This document shows positions 58,850-64,000 of a stretch of 64,000 bases of DNA, one piece after another. The stretch is from the human T2T-CHM13v2.0 reference genome, Homo sapiens. A program made the translations under genes and the position numbers. The number at the start of each line of letters is the position of its first letter. Positions within the stretch are counted from its first letter, which is position 1. The DNA is taken from the NCBI RefSeq assembly GCF_009914755.1, contig NC_060928.1; one strand, given 5' to 3'. Below the pieces are notes generated by a model, which saw nothing but the letters and a program-made list of their open reading frames with translations, ran no database searches and was not told the origin of the DNA.

Positions 58850-59640
58850 ATGTTTCATTGAAGTATAATTTATATACAGTGAAAATCAAGTGCACAGTAT
58901 GATAGAATTTGGCAATTGTATACATTTTGTACAACCCATGTCCTCATCATGTGGAAATTTCACTTACCTCCAAAAGAATTCCTGTCTCTACAAACTTAAC
59001 CACTTTTGATTTTTCCACCATAAATCAGTTCCTTTTCTGAATATTTGATATAAATTGAATAAAACAGTATGTATTCTTTCCTATCTGGCTTCTGTTACCT
59101 TATGTTTTTGGTATTATTGTAAGGAGTGTCAGCAGTTCTTTTTTCTTCTTTTTTTTTTACTACTGAGTACTATTGTTGAATGCTTTTCACTTTTTGTGGA
59201 TACATAACATTAAAAAATATTCATTTATTGGGCATGGCATTTTTTTTCCAGTTTTGAACTGCAATGAACATTTCTGTATTCTTTTCGACCTTTCTCCCTG
59301 CCCCCTTTTTAATGTGTGATTTTATTAATCTTGGGTAGATACAAAAGGATGAATCATAGGGTAAGTATGGTTATCTTTATGAGAAGCTAGTAAATAAATT
59401 TCAAAAGTGATCAAATAAACTTATTCTCCCACCAGTAATGTATGAAATTTTAGTTGCTAAACATTCCTGGCAGCATCTAGTGTTGTCAGTCTTATGAATT
59501 TTTAGTAACTCATAATTGTGAATTTTTTTTCACAATTTCTCCATTACTAATGACCATGAGCAATTCTTCTTGCACTGAATGACAGTTCTTGTATTTTAAT
59601 ATGTAATTTTAAGGACTTTTGCTCATTTATTTTCAATCAA
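58850..59640 (-). mobile_element. Ancient L1M 3' end
   Basis: ATTGAAGTATAATTTATATACAGTGAAA and ATTCTCCCACCAGTAATGTATG. Confidence 0.65.
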
Positions 59641-59714
59641 TTGGTGTGCTTATGTTCAAAGCCTCTAATAAATGTCTATACGAGAAGGGAACAAGTTATA
59701 AAATGAAACATAAT

Positions 59715-60132
59715 TTCTTTATAACAATTCAAAAAGCCTAAAATGCTTACAATTTTTTTTTAAAAAGACATACAAGACTTCTATACTTAAAGACTACAGA
59801 ACTTTGATGAAAGAAAATCTAAATTAATAAAGAGTTGTAGCATATTTAAGGATTGGAAAACTCAACATTGTTAAATGCTAATTCTCTACAAATTAATTGC
59901 AGATTTTGAAAAACTCCTACCAAATTTTCACTAGGGCTTACTTTAATGGATTAAATGATTTTAAGAGAGAAGAAAATGCAAAGGAAAATGTCCAAAGTAA
60001 TATTGAAAAAAAGATAAAATATGAAGATGTATAATATCTGATTTCAAATTGTAATGTAAAGTTATAGTAATCAGGTAATGTGGGGTTCTTTTGGTGACTA
60101 TGTCAATGGAACAGGATAAAAAGTTTAGAAAC
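59715..60132 (+). mobile_element. Ancient L1M ORF2 fragment
   Basis: GATTGGAAAACTCAACATTGTTAAA and AAAGTTATAGTAATCA. Confidence 0.65.
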
Positions 60133-63100
60133 AATTTTTTCCCCATTAAACCCCTAGCATCAAGAAGTATTTATTTAAACTAAAATTTGCAATACTTTTC
60201 TCAATAATATTGTATTTAAGTATGTGCTTCCACTTAAGTTTTCCTTTCAAGTCAATGTTTTTATTCTGACTGAATCCCAATAGATTGCAAAATTATAACA
60301 TCTTTTTTTATGTTTCACTTTAGAATATGAAAAATAAGACAAAAATAAGCACAGGATAATAAGCTTTAACTCAAATTTAAGTATAATTTGATTTATTGTT
60401 ATTATAGTCAAAATAATTAAAGGTTAGTACTATAATAACTTCATTTCTTCATTTTACACATTAGACATACTCCCCAGTTTGAAATCCTGAATACTTAGTG
60501 CATATAATTTAGGTGATGAGATACTCAGAATGTATTAGTAGTGTTTCTGTTCAAATTTATTTGGACATTTATTTCACTCATTCTTTACCAAGCAATTAAT
60601 TATAATAACAATATTAGCTAATATTGAGAGAGCTTGTAATGCAGTAGATGCTATAATGATTATTTTAGTGTATCTTTCACTTATTTAATTATAGCAAAAA
60701 TACAATCATAGAGGAATTAATATTACCTAAGTTTTATAAATAAATAAATAAATGTTTGAAACTTAAACAACTTGACAAGTCCAAACTGAATAAGTAGTTG
60801 CACTTACACTAATATTTAGAAATATTTGGCACAAACCTGTTATTTTTAACCATTGGATATTGAGGATATTTGACACCCTTAATATCACTTTGTCATTTTT
60901 AAATCCTCCATAAGTTAATAGACCAATATTTTAAATAGAGTGTAAACAGAATAATTTCCTTATGATGTCATACAAATTAAGTGACTGGATGGATAATATT
61001 GTATCAAAATATTTAAAATGTAATTAAGCATTTTATTTATTCTTCAATAATTTTCTCGAACGTTGGAAACATCAAAATCACATTACTAAGCACTATTGGG
61101 AATTCAAAGATAAGTCATTCACAAGATAAACAATCACAAATTTAGAAATAACAATGATGCCAGGTTTGGACATAGCTCACACAACTTGTATCTTCTATTA
61201 TGATCATAACATATTTATCAGTTATAATATTATTAGGGAAAAACATAAAATTCTGTCAATAAGTGATACTCACTTTGAGTGTTAAAAAAGTATTGAAGAG
61301 TCATTTAACAGATTTATAAAGATTTTATGAAGAAATCTTATTGTGCATCTCTCAGAGAACTTTTACATATTTTTACTGTGCTGATGGATGGATGCAGGTC
61401 TGGGCAATCGAGGATGAGAGGCTGAGTTGACCCAAGGCAACAGATCAAATAGTGCAAATCCCAAGGTCAGAAATAGAAGCTGTGTTGGAAAAATGAACCT
61501 GAATTTATCTTAAAAGTTCCACTCAAGAAGTCTCTTGCTAGAGAGGATGGAGACTGCAATACAGAGAGCTCACAGGATCAATCCCCGGAAAACCAAATGA
61601 TGAATTAGGTGGGCCCAGCAAGGAAGAATGCACTAATCCACAAGAGAATGTGATAGTTTTTTTTTTTTTCAATAAGACAACTGGCAAGCCTAGAGATAAT
61701 GTGAACCTCCCTTAGCACATAACAAATGTTATGTGTTAATGTGCAAATGATATGCTTAGGACATATCAAATAAGAAATTTCTGTCTCCACATTTTCTTTA
61801 TCTTTTTTTTTTTTTTGATCCAGGCTTGGGAAGTTATTAATTGCAAAATGGAGGAAGATGAGCCAAATGTCTGACAACCTCAAAAGAGCCAGCCTTAATC
61901 TAGGAAAAGAAAATTTTGTTCCAAATAATGTTTAGAGTATTAATTGCTATATTGAACTGGGCCCTGTAAACAGCTGATACTCTGTAATTCAAGTGATGTT
62001 GGAACCATTACTTAGGCATATACTACAATGACAGTGACATGTGTAAAAAATCCTTCAATAAATATTTAAGAGAAAGTGGGAGACAAAAACAGATTGTGTT
62101 TGGAAATATCCCACGTTATATGTGGAGTATAGCCTTACCTACGTTTAATAGCCCTTCAGTTAAAGTATAATCATTGATTTAGGGCAAATTATAAACTCAC
62201 CAAAGGTAAAGAACTTCTTTCGTTTGTTACTCATCTCTCAAAACATAGATCTTAAATGTAGGGAAACCAACATAACAATATTTCTATATGATTAAAATTG
62301 AGTCATTTTAACTTCTAGATTTTTGTAAATAACAGTTTTATGTAAAAAAAAGAGCCTGATTATTAAAACTAAGAGATGCACTTAAAAGGTTTTGAAAAAC
62401 ATAAACAAATTAGCAGCTCTGATTTGAGAAATGTTTTATTTTCTTTTAAAATAATGAATAATTTAATAATTTTATATAAATGTTGATCTCCAGCAACACT
62501 ATTTTACTGTTTTAATTCTTTTCAAATATTTCTTCCAATAAATTTCACATCTCTTTCACATTCTTTTCTATTCTCATCCATTTTTATTCTCACTTGAATT
62601 CTCTTGACTTGCAGTATTTTTTTTTCAGGTACAATAGGTAATAGGTCTTGAGAGTTGGCTTTTACATGTGACTTGTATTTTGCAATTTGATTCGATTTTC
62701 TTCTTGGAAATGTGATGGAATGTCTAGCTGTAGAGGATTATATTAAAGCTGTAGATAATGTACTGAAAGACAAAGTTTAAAGGAAGAAGGGGTTTCTAAG
62801 CTTGTGTACAATTATGTGTCTCCCCCTTTGAAATAAAAAATATATTGTTTGCTCCCTGTCAATAAAAATCAAAGTTTAAAGAACTGGAGTTTAGGAGGAC
62901 ATACAAATGGGAGAGGGTAGTCTAGAAGGAGAGAATGGCATGAAAAAAGAAACTAGGTACAAAATAAACCTTGGCAGTGACAACAATGGAGAAGGGATGT
63001 TGACTATACCATAAAGATTTTTGTCTAACATGTTAAGTCACTTACATGCTATTCTCCTTACACATTTCTATATGATCTGAGATGTTAAGCAAGCATAAAG

Positions 63101-63521
63101 GGTCTTAGAAGGCTATGTTGACTTTGTAGATAATGACCAAGAATGTTTTGAGGCTAAAGGTTAAAATAAATGGTAAAGTACTCTAATGATAGTCTCTCTG
63201 AGAAATGATGGGATCCTAAACTAAGGCTGTAAAAATAAAATGTATGACAAAATGGATCAAAGGCAGAGAAGAATGGAAAAATATTACAATAGTGTCATAT
63301 AATAAAGTGATAGAAAGGCAGAACATAAGTTAGAGATATGTGTTGTATTCCCTAAAACAAATAATAGAATAACTAAATAATTAGTTATAGGAAATAGCCA
63401 AAAAGAGAGATAAAATATAATCACACAATTAATTCAAAAGAAGGCTAGAAAAAATGGAAAAAAGAAAGAGTAAATGTGGAAAATATAAAAATAAAGAAGA
63501 AAATAATAGGTTTAAACTAAA

Positions 63522-64000
63522 TGTGTACATTTTCCATTGCTGTATAATATATTACCATAAATGCAGTGGCTTAAGCCAACCGTGATTTATTATCTCTCAG
63601 CTTCTTAAGGTCGGAATTTCTGGCAGATTGCTGGGGGGTAACCTGCTCAGGGTTTCACAGTGCTGAAATTGTGCTATTGTCCAAAATCTGTGTTCTAACC
63701 TAGAGACTGGGTTTCCATTGTAAACTTCATGTTTGTTGGTGGGATTCATCATCACTTTCAATTCCTAGAGATCTTTGTCAATGTTACTCCCTCCCTCTTC
63801 AAAGCCATCAATAGAGAAGAATATCCCTCATGTTCAAGTTTTTTTTTTTTTTTTCCAGGATAACCCAGTTCATTTTAAGGGCACAAGTGATTAGATCACA
63901 ATTATCCAGGAAAATCTTCCTTTCTTTAAGTAAACTGTGTGATAAAACATAACATGATAATCGTATTAACAAGTACTGTCACACTCAAGAAGACACTGTA
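63522..64000 (-). mobile_element. MLT1-family LTR, runs to the window edge
   Basis: TTCCATTGCTG..TTACCATAAA..AGTGGCTTAA..ATTTATTATCTCTCAG. Confidence 0.7.

Noticed and set aside
58850-60132. Twin-priming inverted L1
   Set aside because: The opposite-strand fragments do not appear contiguous in L1 coordinates and no TSD is visible. They could be independent insertions.

Overview
Primate (human-like), AT-rich, repeat-dense genomic DNA, either intronic or intergenic. No host protein-coding gene can be identified with confidence, and nearly all ORFs in the track come from Alu, L1, LTR or low-complexity sequence. The dominant feature is a 7.1-kb betaretrovirus-like endogenous provirus on the + strand (47581-54724), with LTRs matching MER9/HERV-K(HML-3). 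It has a perfect CTAAGT target-site duplication, a tRNA-Lys PBS and decayed gag-pro(dUTPase/protease/G-patch)-pol-env. The provirus is unusual in five ways: nearly all of the matrix domain is deleted in frame, the SU/TM boundary of env is deleted in frame, the PPT and 3' att end are lost, PBS-tRNA complementarity is extended, and decayed splice sites sit at the positions HML-2 uses for rec. The rest of the window holds about 10 Alus, several old L1s, L2/MIR fragments and solo LTRs (MER41B with a GAS site, MER4, MLT, MST). It also has a strong CTCF motif, an ISRE-like site and several templated-insertion or inverted-repeat scars. Repeat subfamily names are from recalled consensus features and were not run through RepeatMasker.
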